Shown here: positions 37,524 through 47,242 of the stretch, one piece after another | Layout of the letters: each line of letters opens with the position of its first letter | How positions within the stretch are numbered: position 1 is the first letter of the stretch | IMG/VR virus record: IMGVR_UViG_2974791491_000001 | Coordinates: 5,026 to 69,025 of that record | Strand: one strand, 5' to 3' | Source of the DNA: a virus | DNA: 64,000 nt | Notes under the pieces: generated by a model | Told to the model about the DNA's origin: nothing | Databases searched by the model: none | Seen by the model: only the letters and a program-made list of their open reading frames with translations | Made by a program: the position numbers and the translations under genes

Positions 37524-37876
37524 TCGACAAGCTGCTCACTGATATCCACTTTCAGGCGTGCGGCATGGCTGGTGTAGAGACCCCCTTCGGGTCTCGGGAA
37601 GTGAGTCTCGCCCACGTGGTTAAGGCCCTCGTGCCGAAGATAGCCACGGGGCGAGACTCCATCCCCTTCCTCGGTTCCCCCGACTGGGCCGAGACGAACG
37701 ACATGCGGTCTGTTTACGTGGCCGCGCTCTCCTGGGCCTTGCTGGTCATGTTCGTGCAAGACGGCCAACTGGACGCCGAACGGATCGCAAGGTTCTACGC
37801 CTCCCAGGGCTGGGACATAACAGAGCTGCCGCTACGCCTACGTTTCGCCGCTGAGGCGATGGAAGGAACGATCTAG
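37520..37876 (+). CDS. hypothetical protein
   Basis: 118 aa. Confidence 0.3.
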   Translation: MIDKLLTDIHFQACGMAGVETPFGSREVSLAHVVKALVPKIATGRDSIPFLGSPDWAETNDMRSVYVAALSWALLVMFVQDGQLDAERIARFYASQGWDITELPLRLRFAAEAMEGTI

Positions 37877-37877
37877 C

Positions 37878-38189
37878 GTGCATTGGATGCTGCGGGCTAA
37901 ATGTCGCGGCATGGACCCATCCAAGTTCGAGGTCGAGAATCTACCTCCCGGCCGAGAAGACATTGAAGCGGCCCGACTGTGTGCGGGCTGCACGGTAGTT
38001 CCCGAATGCGCGGAGGATGCGCTCCGCTCACACAACGTGTCTCGGGCGCTACGGGCCGTGGCCGGCCAACCCGACCCTGAGCCTGGTGACGATATGGTCC
38101 CGACTCTTGGTGTGGTTCGCGCCGGCCTGGTCATCGGTATGCCGGAAGGATATGAGTTTGACTTACTTTCGGCCGAGGCCGGAACTTGA
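37878..38189 (+). CDS. whiB: WhiB-family transcription factor (paralog 1)
   Basis: Four Cys in WhiB spacing: KCRGMDPSKF..CAGCTVVPEC.. Confidence 0.6.
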   Translation: MHWMLRAKCRGMDPSKFEVENLPPGREDIEAARLCAGCTVVPECAEDALRSHNVSRALRAVAGQPDPEPGDDMVPTLGVVRAGLVIGMPEGYEFDLLSAEAGT

Positions 38190-38430
38190 TTGGCAGCTAG
38201 GCGCTAAGTGCCGCGACGATGACCCTAAGAAGTGGGAAGTCGAAAACCTTAACCCACTCTTAGATCGGCGGATTGCTGCCGAGTCGTTGTGCAATGGCTG
38301 TTTTGTGCGCGAGGAATGCCACGCTGATGCGTTGCAAACTTTCGACGACTCCACGTATCTGGGGTTTGAGTACGAGTTCGATTCGGAGTACACCACTGCT
38401 GGTGTGGTTCGGGCTGGAAGGATCTTCTAA
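38152..38430 (+). CDS. whiB: WhiB-family transcription factor (paralog 2)
   Basis: ATG 38152 with GGAAGG RBS; KCRDDDPKKW..CNGCFVREEC.. four-Cys WhiB pattern. Confidence 0.5.
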   Translation: MSLTYFRPRPELDWQLGAKCRDDDPKKWEVENLNPLLDRRIAAESLCNGCFVREECHADALQTFDDSTYLGFEYEFDSEYTTAGVVRAGRIF

Positions 38431-39236
38431 TGCCTGCCGTGCGTTCCACGAAAACAACCAAGATCCCAAAGAAGGTTCTGAACGCGCAGTACAAGGCGCG
38501 CAAGGATCGTGGGATCGACTCGGTGATGGTGCCAGCAGAACCGGTACGTGAGCATCTTTCCCGTTTGCGTGGGGCCGGTATGTCCTTTAACGCTATCGCG
38601 GAGCAGGCTGGTGTTTCGGATGCTGCGCTGCGGATGATCGCTAAGGGCACTCGGGAGCATGTCCACCCTCGTACCGCGCACTTCGTTATGCAGGTCTCCT
38701 ACATTCCGTCTCGGACCAGGGGGACGCGGCGGATGCCGGTAGCTGGCACTCGTCGCCGGATCGGTGCGCTGATGCGTGCGGGCCATCGCATGCAAGACAT
38801 TGGCGAAGCGATGGGGACGACGCTGCACACGGTGCGGGAAATCTTCCGTTCCGAGGGAACTAAGGAATCAGTGACCGTCGACACTTACCGTGCTGCGTGC
38901 AAAGCGTATGCGCAGTTGTCGATGGTGAAGGGGCCGAGTTCGGTTACGGCTAGTCGCGCGGAGAGGGCGGGTTGGCCGACGGTGTGGGATTGGGAGACCG
39001 CCCATATTGATGATCCGGACTCGTGGCCGGCCGAATTGCCTAAGGCTGATGCCCCCGCGAAGGTGGCACGCCGTCAGGGAATCACTTTGCTGGGCATAGG
39101 GATGACTCATGCCGAGGTCGCGGCGAAGCTTGGCGTGTCCGAACGATCAGTGAATCGCTGGTCAATCCAAATGAAGGAGGCGGATGACGCAATCCCCGAA
39201 CAACTTAGTGTCCAATCACACCGACTTGTGGCGTGA
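38430..39236 (+). CDS. DNA-binding protein with three HTH-like repeats
   Basis: FNAIAEQAGVSDAALRMIA / MQDIGEAMGTTLHTVREIF / THAEVAAKLGVSERSVNRW motifs. Confidence 0.45.
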   Translation: MPAVRSTKTTKIPKKVLNAQYKARKDRGIDSVMVPAEPVREHLSRLRGAGMSFNAIAEQAGVSDAALRMIAKGTREHVHPRTAHFVMQVSYIPSRTRGTRRMPVAGTRRRIGALMRAGHRMQDIGEAMGTTLHTVREIFRSEGTKESVTVDTYRAACKAYAQLSMVKGPSSVTASRAERAGWPTVWDWETAHIDDPDSWPAELPKADAPAKVARRQGITLLGIGMTHAEVAAKLGVSERSVNRWSIQMKEADDAIPEQLSVQSHRLVA

Positions 39237-39496
39237 GTGGTGGGGCTGGGCGCTTGATGAAGAACGAGAGGCTGGAAGTTATGAAGAGAACCGCTAAGTG
39301 GACTGTTGGCGTGGTAGCGGGTTTCCTGCTCCTGCTGGCCCTGGCGGGATGCTCGATGGGCCAGACCGAGCATGAAGGCCCGGAGGACTACAACACCAAG
39401 GTTGTGGAACTGCGAGATGGCCGAGAGCTGACCTGCATTGTGTTCGGCTTGGGGCAGGAGCAGATGATGAGCTGCGACTGGGAGAACGCCAAGTGA
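39233..39496 (+). CDS. small lipoprotein
   Basis: Signal peptide plus lipobox LALAGCSMG; 87 aa. Confidence 0.4.
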   Translation: MSGGAGRLMKNERLEVMKRTAKWTVGVVAGFLLLLALAGCSMGQTEHEGPEDYNTKVVELRDGRELTCIVFGLGQEQMMSCDWENAK

Positions 39497-39562
39497 CCTA
39501 CCTGCTGGCACTCCTATTCCTAGCAGGCATCCTTATCTGCGCTTTCCCGCCGTCACGGTTCA

Positions 39563-39877
39563 TTGTGGCCGTCACCCGCTGGAAGCTCGACGCGCAAGCC
39601 GGGATCGAACGCCTCGTGCGGCCCCGGCCGTTCCTGTGGAGGTTCTGGAATCCCACCGTCACGGCGTAAATGCACGGTCTGTAAGAAGCCGGTTCTGGTA
39701 GACCAGGGCACCCGGCACCTGTCGTGTTCCGAAGTGTGCGACGTCTGCTTTCATCCGATCCCGTCTACGGACGTGGATGCGTTGAGTTACCGGCATTCGT
39801 GGTGCACACCTAAGACCGCTAAGGGCCGGGGTGCTGCGGCTAAGCAGATTGAGCAGTTAGAAGAAGGTTTGATCTAG
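39563..39877 (+). CDS. Cys-rich zinc-ribbon-like protein (start uncertain)
   Basis: CTVCKK..CSEVCDVCFHP..; overlaps an alternative small membrane ORF (39493-39669). Confidence 0.25.
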   Translation: MWPSPAGSSTRKPGSNASCGPGRSCGGSGIPPSRRKCTVCKKPVLVDQGTRHLSCSEVCDVCFHPIPSTDVDALSYRHSWCTPKTAKGRGAAAKQIEQLEEGLI

Positions 39878-40278
39878 TGGCCCAATCGTGGAAACACGCC
39901 GAAACATCGGCACGCCACTTCGGTGGCAAGCCCGACGACTACATAGCGATCCACGAATGGATCGACCAGTTCAAATCGGTAGTCGGAGACGTCACACACC
40001 GCGCCTACCTGCACAACTCGAAAGGCCCGTGGATGGCCCAAGAGGTGTTCGGCCGGACCATCACCAACGCCGAGGGCAAGCAGATCCTTGTCCGCGACAT
40101 TGCGGAGAACCACATCACGGAGGACATGGGCTGGATACCTTCGCCGGCCGATTGGTCCTCGTGCATGACGTGCAAGGTCTGGATGGGCGGTAAGCGCAAC
40201 AAGTTCATTGGTCGGGAGGATCTGCTTGAGTCGGCTCTCCCGCACCCTAATAAGTCACGTAAGGAAACGGATGACTAA
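39877..40278 (+). CDS. hypothetical protein
   Basis: 133 aa. Confidence 0.35.
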   Translation: MAQSWKHAETSARHFGGKPDDYIAIHEWIDQFKSVVGDVTHRAYLHNSKGPWMAQEVFGRTITNAEGKQILVRDIAENHITEDMGWIPSPADWSSCMTCKVWMGGKRNKFIGREDLLESALPHPNKSRKETDD

Positions 40279-40840
40279 CACGCTTGAGGGCCGCGAGATT
40301 CGCGGCGACATTTCGCATTACGGCTCCCAGGGCCTTCCTGAGCAGAAGCCGATCAACGAGCTGCTGATTGCACTCGACACGCTGCTGGCCTTCCCGGAGG
40401 TCGAGGCTGTCCGCTGGGAGCAGTACACCCCGTACTTCAACGACGGTGACGCCTGCGAGTTCGGTGTCCGTGAAGCCTCGCTCAAGTTCGCCGACGGCCT
40501 TGTCGACCTCAACGACCCGCACATCTACAGCCGCGACGGGTTCGTTGAGGACAGCATGTGGCCTCCGAACTACTGGGACACCCACGCGGACAAGAAGTAC
40601 AACTGGCGCACCCGCGAGTACGACCCGCTGCCCGAGGGCAAGGCCGAGTCCAACTACCGGGACATGGGTCTCTACGTCGACGGTGTCGAGCGCAAGGACA
40701 TCCAGGAAGCGCTAGACGCTTTCAGCTCCGCACTCGAGGGCGGCGCTCACGAGCTGGCCCTTAAGAAGCATTTCGGCGATCCCGCTCAGGTCACCGCAAC
40801 CGCTACTGGGTTCGACGTCGAGTTCTACGACCACGACTGA
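40271..40840 (+). CDS. hypothetical protein (start ATG 40271, AAGGAA RBS)
   Basis: Internal Met overlapping upstream stop (ATGACTAA). Confidence 0.4.
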   Translation: MTNTLEGREIRGDISHYGSQGLPEQKPINELLIALDTLLAFPEVEAVRWEQYTPYFNDGDACEFGVREASLKFADGLVDLNDPHIYSRDGFVEDSMWPPNYWDTHADKKYNWRTREYDPLPEGKAESNYRDMGLYVDGVERKDIQEALDAFSSALEGGAHELALKKHFGDPAQVTATATGFDVEFYDHD

Positions 40841-40841
40841 G

Positions 40842-41156
40842 AAACGGTGCCGCGCAATCCTCGCTAACCGCTCAGACGGGATCTGCGAACGATGCTGCGC
40901 CGCACCCGCCCAATCAGTCCACCACCGCCGTAAACGCGGCCAAGGCGGACCCTGGACCCCCACCAACTGTGTCCACATCTGCGGAGACGGCACACGCGGA
41001 TGCCACGGCTGGATCGAGGGCCACCCCAACGCCGCACGGGAGGAAGGCTTCCACGTGCGGTCCTACGAAAACGAAGCCGAGGTACCAGTACTCATCTGGG
41101 GCAACCTCGTCTACCTAGACGACGAAGGAGGCACAACACGTGTCGACGAACGGTAA
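40842..41156 (+). CDS. HNH endonuclease domain ORF lacking a canonical start codon
   Basis: ..GICERCCAAPAQSVHHRRKRGQGG..NCVHICGDGTRGCHGWIEGHP.. frame open from 40716 with no ATG/GTG/TTG before the motif. Confidence 0.45.
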   Translation, partial: KRCRAILANRSDGICERCCAAPAQSVHHRRKRGQGGPWTPTNCVHICGDGTRGCHGWIEGHPNAAREEGFHVRSYENEAEVPVLIWGNLVYLDDEGGTTRVDER

Positions 41157-41337
41157 AACCCACCTGACCACCCCGGCATTCTCGGTGTACGGCGAAGAGG
41201 CATCGGTCCTCGTCCGACCGTCCACTAAGCATGACGGCGGCATCATGCTCAACCAAGCATCGTCGTGGGTTCACCTGGACCCCGGCATGGTCGACGCAGT
41301 TCAGGATGCGATCGACCAGCTCACCGGCCGTGAGTGA
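41140..41337 (+). CDS. hypothetical small protein
   Basis: 65 aa. Confidence 0.25.
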   Translation: MSTNGKTHLTTPAFSVYGEEASVLVRPSTKHDGGIMLNQASSWVHLDPGMVDAVQDAIDQLTGRE

Positions 41338-41538
41338 ATGCCCTGGGAAACAATCCCTGGGCTAACCGGCACAGCTAACGCTCTCTACAGCGAAAACCAG
41401 TCACTCCTTGAGTGGATGGAGGAGAACGTCGACATAGCCTCCGATGAAGAGATACAGCAAGTCATCGACATGCTTATCCGTGTAGGCAAGAAGATCGACG
41501 CACTCGACAATTCGGGGCTAAGGCTTTCCCTGAAATGA
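41338..41538 (+). CDS. hypothetical small acidic protein
   Basis: 66 aa. Confidence 0.25.
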   Translation: MPWETIPGLTGTANALYSENQSLLEWMEENVDIASDEEIQQVIDMLIRVGKKIDALDNSGLRLSLK

Positions 41539-41758
41539 CGGTCCCCCTTGATAGCTTTTTCACATCGGCTCTTCGGGGGCCGGGGTCGTCTAGCAAACGA
41601 TGCGGAGCCGTCAGACGGGGATCTCTTGTCGTGCCTCACATAGCCCCGACGTATCAGGCTTGATGTTGTGGCGCACGACGAACTTACTCAGCGATGGCGA
41701 TAGCGCGGCTCCGCAGGGGAAGCCCCTGGTTGGGGGACTGTAGGGGGCACCTTCCCCT

Positions 41759-43108
41759 GTGGTGAGCGTTGGAGCTGTCCGGAAAGGAATCTGCCGATTG
41801 GTTGACGTTCTCAAGAAGGCGATCGACTCTACGAATCGTCACACTGATGAACAGATACTCGTGGCGGCTCTGACAAACTTCTCCCTGAGGGACGAGGTTA
41901 AGGAGCTGGTACCACAGCTCGATGCGTCAGAGTTTTACAACGCCAACTACGGGAAAATATGGGATGCGGCGAACAGTCTCATTGATGAGTCGCGCATTCT
42001 GTCCGTCGAGAACCTGCTTAGCAAGCTTAAGGCTGACGCTCCGAAACAGATCCTCGACGACCTAGCCGGTACTCCGGTGCGGCTGATCGAGGTCACGCGG
42101 GGCATCGAGATTGTCCGGAACGAGGCGATGAAACGTCGCCTGTTCGAGGCGATGAGGGAATCCGCACAGACAGCCGCGACCGCTGACAGTGTCGGTGAGG
42201 CCCTGGACGCCTTCCACACCAACCTGCAACGAATCAATGGCGAAGAGGTAGCTGCCACGTCGGCTGACCTCGGTGAGGCCATTGACGAGTTCTGGCAGGA
42301 CTTGGACCTCCCGGACGATGAGAAAGAGCCGCCGTTCCCGACTCCCTGGCTTGAGCTGGATGAGCGGATGAATGGTGGGCTTAGGCGTGGCCGTCTCTAC
42401 ATTTGGGGTGGCCGGCCTGGTGAGGGTAAGAGTCTGGCTTGCTGCAACATTTGCGGCTTAGCCGCTGAACGTGGACTTAAAACCATCTATTTCACTGCGG
42501 AGATGTCTAAGGGTGAGGTTACGGCGCGGATCTTGTGCGCTGGGGCTCAGGCTGATTACGGGCAGATCACTCGCGGGAACGTGGATGCTGCGAACCGTGC
42601 GATCCTGTCGAACTATTCCGATGAAATCAAGGGCGCTGACCTTGAGATTGTGGACAAGCCGTCTATTTCGATCCGGGATATTCGGGCTATGTCTGCGGCT
42701 AAGCATCGGTCGACTGGCTTGGACATTGTGTTTGTGGACTACTTGCAGATGATCCAGCCTGACGATAAGTCGATTCCTCGTGAGCAGCAGGTGGCGGGTA
42801 TCTCGTCATCGCTCAAGGTGTTGGCTCGTCAGTTGAATGTGGCTGTGGTGTGCGCGGTGCAGTTGAACCGTCCTCCTCAGCAGCAGGGTAGGGATCAGAT
42901 GGGTGGTTCTAAGCCTCGTCCGGGTTTGGAGTCTATTCGTGAGTCTGACCGTATCGGCCAGGATGCTGATGCTGTGATCCTCAATCACTGTCCGAATGGG
43001 AACACTCAGGCGGGGGTTGAGATGGAGTTTTGTATGCCGAAGTGCCGTACTGGTCAACCCGGTGTGGTTAAGCGGATCTGGCGGGCGGATCAAGCCCGCA
43101 TCCAATGA
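41759..43108 (+). CDS. dnaB: DnaB-like replicative helicase
   Basis: Walker A GGRPGEGKS, ..FTAEMSKGEV.., ..VDYLQMI.. RecA-fold helicase motifs; N-terminal DnaB-like region. Confidence 0.7.
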   Translation: MVSVGAVRKGICRLVDVLKKAIDSTNRHTDEQILVAALTNFSLRDEVKELVPQLDASEFYNANYGKIWDAANSLIDESRILSVENLLSKLKADAPKQILDDLAGTPVRLIEVTRGIEIVRNEAMKRRLFEAMRESAQTAATADSVGEALDAFHTNLQRINGEEVAATSADLGEAIDEFWQDLDLPDDEKEPPFPTPWLELDERMNGGLRRGRLYIWGGRPGEGKSLACCNICGLAAERGLKTIYFTAEMSKGEVTARILCAGAQADYGQITRGNVDAANRAILSNYSDEIKGADLEIVDKPSISIRDIRAMSAAKHRSTGLDIVFVDYLQMIQPDDKSIPREQQVAGISSSLKVLARQLNVAVVCAVQLNRPPQQQGRDQMGGSKPRPGLESIRESDRIGQDADAVILNHCPNGNTQAGVEMEFCMPKCRTGQPGVVKRIWRADQARIQ

Positions 43109-43318
43109 TCTGTCAGACGTGCGGTGCGGAGCTTTTGTGGTCTCCGTTCGGCCCTATCACTGAGTGGGGTTACGTCTGTCGGGATGACTACAACCCCACG
43201 TATGTGGGTCTGGATAACGAGGGCCTACACGTGGTAGCCCCGTTCACCTTTTAGTCCGTCTACGGGCTTCTCAGGCCGCGCAATCGCGGTTCTGTTTTCT
43301 AACCAAGGAGTTACATAT

Positions 43319-43681
43319 ATGGCAATGCCGACTATTTCTGGCAGCAATGCAACTGTCTTCGGCGGCAAGGATCAGGAACTTAAGTACGACGTCGGCCAGT
43401 ACGGTGCCTACGTCCTGTTCAACCTGGGCATGCAGAAGGCCAAGAAGGACCAGTACGGCGAGTGGGAGACGACCGCTAAGACCACCATTAAGGCTGCTGC
43501 CTACGGTGAGCTTGCCGAGTTCATTAAGGACAACATTCAGCATCTCGACAAGGTCGACTTCACGGCCGAGATGACGGGTATTGACCTGTGGGAGGGCAAG
43601 GACGGCACTCAGGCCAATATCCAGGTGAAGATCCTGACCATTGGTGCCCCGTTCCGTAAGAAGGAAGATTCGGGTTACTGA
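43319..43681 (+). CDS. hypothetical protein
   Basis: 120 aa, strong RBS GGAG upstream. Confidence 0.35.
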   Translation: MAMPTISGSNATVFGGKDQELKYDVGQYGAYVLFNLGMQKAKKDQYGEWETTAKTTIKAAAYGELAEFIKDNIQHLDKVDFTAEMTGIDLWEGKDGTQANIQVKILTIGAPFRKKEDSGY

Positions 43682-43929
43682 TGAGTCACCCGGTACTTGA
43701 GTCTCTGGACTTCGAGGCTCGCTGTGAGTGCGAGTGGGTTCGTCCGGGTGAGACTAAGTCTCGTCGCTGTCACTACGGTTCGCCGGATCACCTGGTGACG
43801 TTGGTGACTATCGAGAAGACGGTGGCCCGCCGCGCGGTGTGTGGGGGCTGCTTGGAGCGTTTGGAGTTCGCGGGAAGGCTGGTGGGGACGTGGAGTTCGT
43901 CATCGTCGTCAGCGCTGTCATCAGCCTGA
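43681..43929 (+). CDS. hypothetical zinc-ribbon-like protein
   Basis: CECEWV..RRCHY..CGGC. Confidence 0.3.
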   Translation: MSHPVLESLDFEARCECEWVRPGETKSRRCHYGSPDHLVTLVTIEKTVARRAVCGGCLERLEFAGRLVGTWSSSSSSALSSA

Positions 43930-44131
43930 TTGTTGTGCGCCGTATGGCGCTTCGCCGCCACGGACTCTGAGGAGTGGGAGGGGGTAGCCGACTACTACCG
44001 CGTGTTTCTGCGTGAGCGTGGCCGGCCCCCTTCCGTCTCCGAAATATGGGAACACCGCACTTCCCTTAAGTGTGTGCGGGAACAAACCCTTTTGGAAGGA
44101 ACACTCTTTGAGTGAATTTGACCCTGTAGCG

Positions 44132-44884
44132 ATGCCTAAGCATTACAACGGGTTTTCGTCAGGTGCTCAGCCGATTGATATTGCGCGGGACCTGACGTTC
44201 TGCGGCGGCAATATCGTCAAGTATGCGGCCCGGTCGACACGGCTCGATAACGAGCACAACAAGGGTGACCGCGTGGAAGATCTGCGCAAGGTCATCCAGT
44301 ACGCGGAGTTCGAGATTGCACGCCTTGAGGGTGAGCAGTCCCGACCTAAGCATGTGGACTACGTCCGGCAGATCCTCGACAATCTTCAACCGGGTGAGGT
44401 AGTCGTCCTAGACGACGAAGACGTGGCCGGCCCGGACGACGTTGAAGGGCATGAGGACCATGTCCACGTCGCTCCCGGCGAGTACTTCCGCGTCCTCCGC
44501 AACAACTTCGACGACAACTGGCTTGCCTACCACCCCGCCAAGGTTGGCACCGTGGTTAAGTCTGTCGTCACCGCAAATGGGGCTCACCGTTTCGAGTACT
44601 GCGGAAGCGAGCCTGAACGGACCATCTGGGTTGCCCCGGAGCACTTGGAGCCTTACACCCCGCGAGTCGGTGACAAGATCCGCATTACCCCAGTTGCGGA
44701 CGACTACCACAGCGTGAAGCGCGGCGCGATCGGTGAAATCGTGAAGGACGCAGACGAAGACGGCGACTACCTCGGATCGTTTGCTGCCACGGACTACGTC
44801 GATTACGACATATACGGGTTCACGGCCGAACCGTTCACCCAGTACCTCCGACCCGAAGACTTCGAGCCGGTGCTTGCCCCTTGA
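44132..44884 (+). CDS. DUF3310-like phage protein
   Basis: MPKHYNGFSSGAQPIDIARDLTFCGGNIVKYAAR motif common to a phage DUF family; start moved to internal ATG. Confidence 0.4.
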   Translation: MPKHYNGFSSGAQPIDIARDLTFCGGNIVKYAARSTRLDNEHNKGDRVEDLRKVIQYAEFEIARLEGEQSRPKHVDYVRQILDNLQPGEVVVLDDEDVAGPDDVEGHEDHVHVAPGEYFRVLRNNFDDNWLAYHPAKVGTVVKSVVTANGAHRFEYCGSEPERTIWVAPEHLEPYTPRVGDKIRITPVADDYHSVKRGAIGEIVKDADEDGDYLGSFAATDYVDYDIYGFTAEPFTQYLRPEDFEPVLAP

Positions 44885-45279
44885 CCCTGACCGTGTTCGT
44901 GCCCGGAGAACCAGCACCACAGGGCAGTAAGAAACACGTCGGCCGGGGAATCATGGTCGAAGCGTCAAAGAAGCTGGCCCCGTGGCGGAAACAAGTCGCT
45001 TCCGTCGTGGGGTCGGCCTACACAGGCGAACTAGTGGAAGGCCCCGTATCGGGCAGCCTCACATTCGTCATGCCGAGACCTAAGTACTTGGCTAAGAAAG
45101 CTACTCCCCTGCATATCAAGCGTCCGGACGTGGACAAGTTGACCCGCGCTGTGCTGGACGGGATCACCGGCGTCTACCTCAAGGACGACTCTCAGGCGTA
45201 CAAGCTGCTCGTTGAGAAGCGGACTGCCGAGCTTGATGAAGAACCGGGGGTGCACATAACTCTTAAGGAAACCATCTAA
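44881..45279 (+). CDS. rusA: RusA-like Holliday junction resolvase
   Basis: ..PAPQGSKKH..MPRPKYL..KRPDVDKLTRAVLDGITG.. RusA catalytic Asp-cluster pattern. Confidence 0.55.
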   Translation: MTLTVFVPGEPAPQGSKKHVGRGIMVEASKKLAPWRKQVASVVGSAYTGELVEGPVSGSLTFVMPRPKYLAKKATPLHIKRPDVDKLTRAVLDGITGVYLKDDSQAYKLLVEKRTAELDEEPGVHITLKETI

Positions 45280-45969
45280 GTGAAGTACTACGGCGGACAA
45301 GATCCGTACCCCGTGGCCGAGGATCTTCCGGACAAGTTGGACTACGAGCATCTTCGCGTGTTGTGGCATGCCCGAGAACAGCAGCGCAATGCGGTTGTGG
45401 CGTGGATGCAGACAGCGACCGCGCTCCCCGACGAAGTGCACATGGATGAGGACGTAGCCGAGAAGCTGCGCCGCGCCGCGACACGGGAGAAGCTACGGCC
45501 CGACGCGGCCGACCTGGCAGACCAGATCCCCGATGTTGTCGGCTGGCTCCGAGCCCGCATGACGATGCGCAGTCAAAGCGTGGACGACGAGGCCGGCTCA
45601 AGCTCTTCTAAGCCTGGCTCTAAGCCCCCGTTTCGGTTGGCGTACATGAGCGCTGCCGATCGTGAGGTTGCGGCCCTGGCGTACTGGTGCGCCCATTACG
45701 GCATCTATCCGAGCACGCCGATGTGGCGTGTTGATGGGCAGGTTGCCGGGGTGTTCCCGGATCACATGGGCTGCATTAACGAGATGGCTACGGCTTTGAC
45801 TGCTGCGATCAGGTCGGGGCCTTTGGCTGAGGGGATCTACACCGATCCCGAGTTCGGGTTGTGGGCTGTGCGGTCGTCGCATTATGCGGTGTGGCCTGAG
45901 CTGGCAACCATTTTCGAGCCGGAGCTTGTGGCTAAGGCCCTTCCGGAGACTCAGGAGTCATTGTTTTGA
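45280..45969 (+). CDS. hypothetical protein
   Basis: 229 aa. Confidence 0.35.
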   Translation: MKYYGGQDPYPVAEDLPDKLDYEHLRVLWHAREQQRNAVVAWMQTATALPDEVHMDEDVAEKLRRAATREKLRPDAADLADQIPDVVGWLRARMTMRSQSVDDEAGSSSSKPGSKPPFRLAYMSAADREVAALAYWCAHYGIYPSTPMWRVDGQVAGVFPDHMGCINEMATALTAAIRSGPLAEGIYTDPEFGLWAVRSSHYAVWPELATIFEPELVAKALPETQESLF

Positions 45970-46313
45970 AACTGCGTGTCGAGTATGAAATTCCGGAGGA
46001 TCAGCACGAGCGGGTGCGGTTGCAGGCGAAGCTTTCGGAGCTGGATTCGTTGCTGTCGTGGGTGGAGCCGTGGAAGCGGACTATCAGCCTGATTGACGAC
46101 AGCCCACTACCGGCTTGCGCGACCGAGATGAAGCGTAGGCACCCGGAGCCGATTTGCGGTAGCTGTCGTGAGCCGATCCAGGCAACCGAATGGTGGGGTT
46201 ACCACCAACGCTTGCACTCGTACGTGCACCTGAACGCCCCCTGCTGGCACAACCTGTACGGGGAGGACGTCAGCGGCCACACCATGATGCTCGGTTCGGG
46301 GGTGCCCGCGTGA
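45966..46313 (+). CDS. hypothetical Cys-rich protein
   Basis: 115 aa, CGSCREP..CWHN. Confidence 0.3.
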   Translation: MKLRVEYEIPEDQHERVRLQAKLSELDSLLSWVEPWKRTISLIDDSPLPACATEMKRRHPEPICGSCREPIQATEWWGYHQRLHSYVHLNAPCWHNLYGEDVSGHTMMLGSGVPA

Positions 46314-47242
46314 CATTCCTAGTTGCTATGCGGGGCCTTCCCGGATCAGGCAAGACCACCCGTGCCCGCGAGATAGCTAAGGAGACCGGGGCTGTCGTTG
46401 TCGGCCGCGACTTCGAGCGGTTCCAGATGTTTGGGGAGTGGTGGACCGGCAAGAACGAGCATGAAAATGCCGTGACAGTTGCGCTCAACGCTAAGGTCCG
46501 GGCGCTGCTTAAGGACGATCAATCCGTGGTCGTCGATAACACCCACGTTCAGCTTCGCCTCCTCAAAGCCTGGGCCAAGATTGCGTCCGAATGTGGAGCC
46601 ACCTTCCACGTCGAGGACGTCAAGACGCCAGTCGAAACCTGCTTGTACCGGGACATGCAGCGGCAAGCCAACGGCGAGCGCTGGGTTGGTGAAGACGTCA
46701 TCAACCGGATGGCTAAGCAGATCAATTGGGGGCAGATTAAGCCGGTCCCGCCGATCATTGTTGAGCCTCTGCGCTACCAGGAAACCCCCTGGGACGCCGA
46801 TGCCGCGATCATTGTCGACATCGACGGCACCCTCGCTCACATGCGGGAGGTCAACGGCACGGTTCGTAGCCCGTACGACTACAGCCGTGTTCACGAGGAC
46901 GCGGCCGATCCGACCATCGTCAGCATTGTCTACGACTACAAGAACGCGCTGAACGGCACAGTAATCGTCTGCTCTGGCCGGGACGACGACTGCCGAGACG
47001 TTACCGAACAGTGGTTGAAGAGCCACAGTATCCCGTTCGACATGCTGCTGATGCGACCAGAGGATGCGCGGGACGCGAACGGCAACAAACTCCCGGACTG
47101 GATCGTTAAGTACAACCTGTTCAACGAGCACATTCGCGGCCAGTACGCGATCGACTATGTGCTCGATGACCGCAACCAGGTTGTGAACATGTGGCGAGCG
47201 CTCGGGCTTAAGTGCCTGCAAGTTCAGCCGGGAGACTTCTGA
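46310..47242 (+). CDS. pnkp: polynucleotide kinase-phosphatase (P-loop kinase + HAD phosphatase)
   Basis: GTG 46310 (GTGA overlap). Walker A GLPGSGKTT; C-terminal IIVDIDGTLAH (DxDGT HAD motif). Confidence 0.6.
   Translation: MTFLVAMRGLPGSGKTTRAREIAKETGAVVVGRDFERFQMFGEWWTGKNEHENAVTVALNAKVRALLKDDQSVVVDNTHVQLRLLKAWAKIASECGATFHVEDVKTPVETCLYRDMQRQANGERWVGEDVINRMAKQINWGQIKPVPPIIVEPLRYQETPWDADAAIIVDIDGTLAHMREVNGTVRSPYDYSRVHEDAADPTIVSIVYDYKNALNGTVIVCSGRDDDCRDVTEQWLKSHSIPFDMLLMRPEDARDANGNKLPDWIVKYNLFNEHIRGQYAIDYVLDDRNQVVNMWRALGLKCLQVQPGDF

Noticed and set aside
39493-39669. 58-aa hydrophobic ORF (VTYLLALLFLAGILICAF..) overlapping the Cys-rich ORF in another frame
   Set aside because: Not rejected outright: good GC3 bias and GTGA coupling make it plausible. 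The frame choice versus the zinc-ribbon ORF could not be resolved, so it is not listed as a feature.
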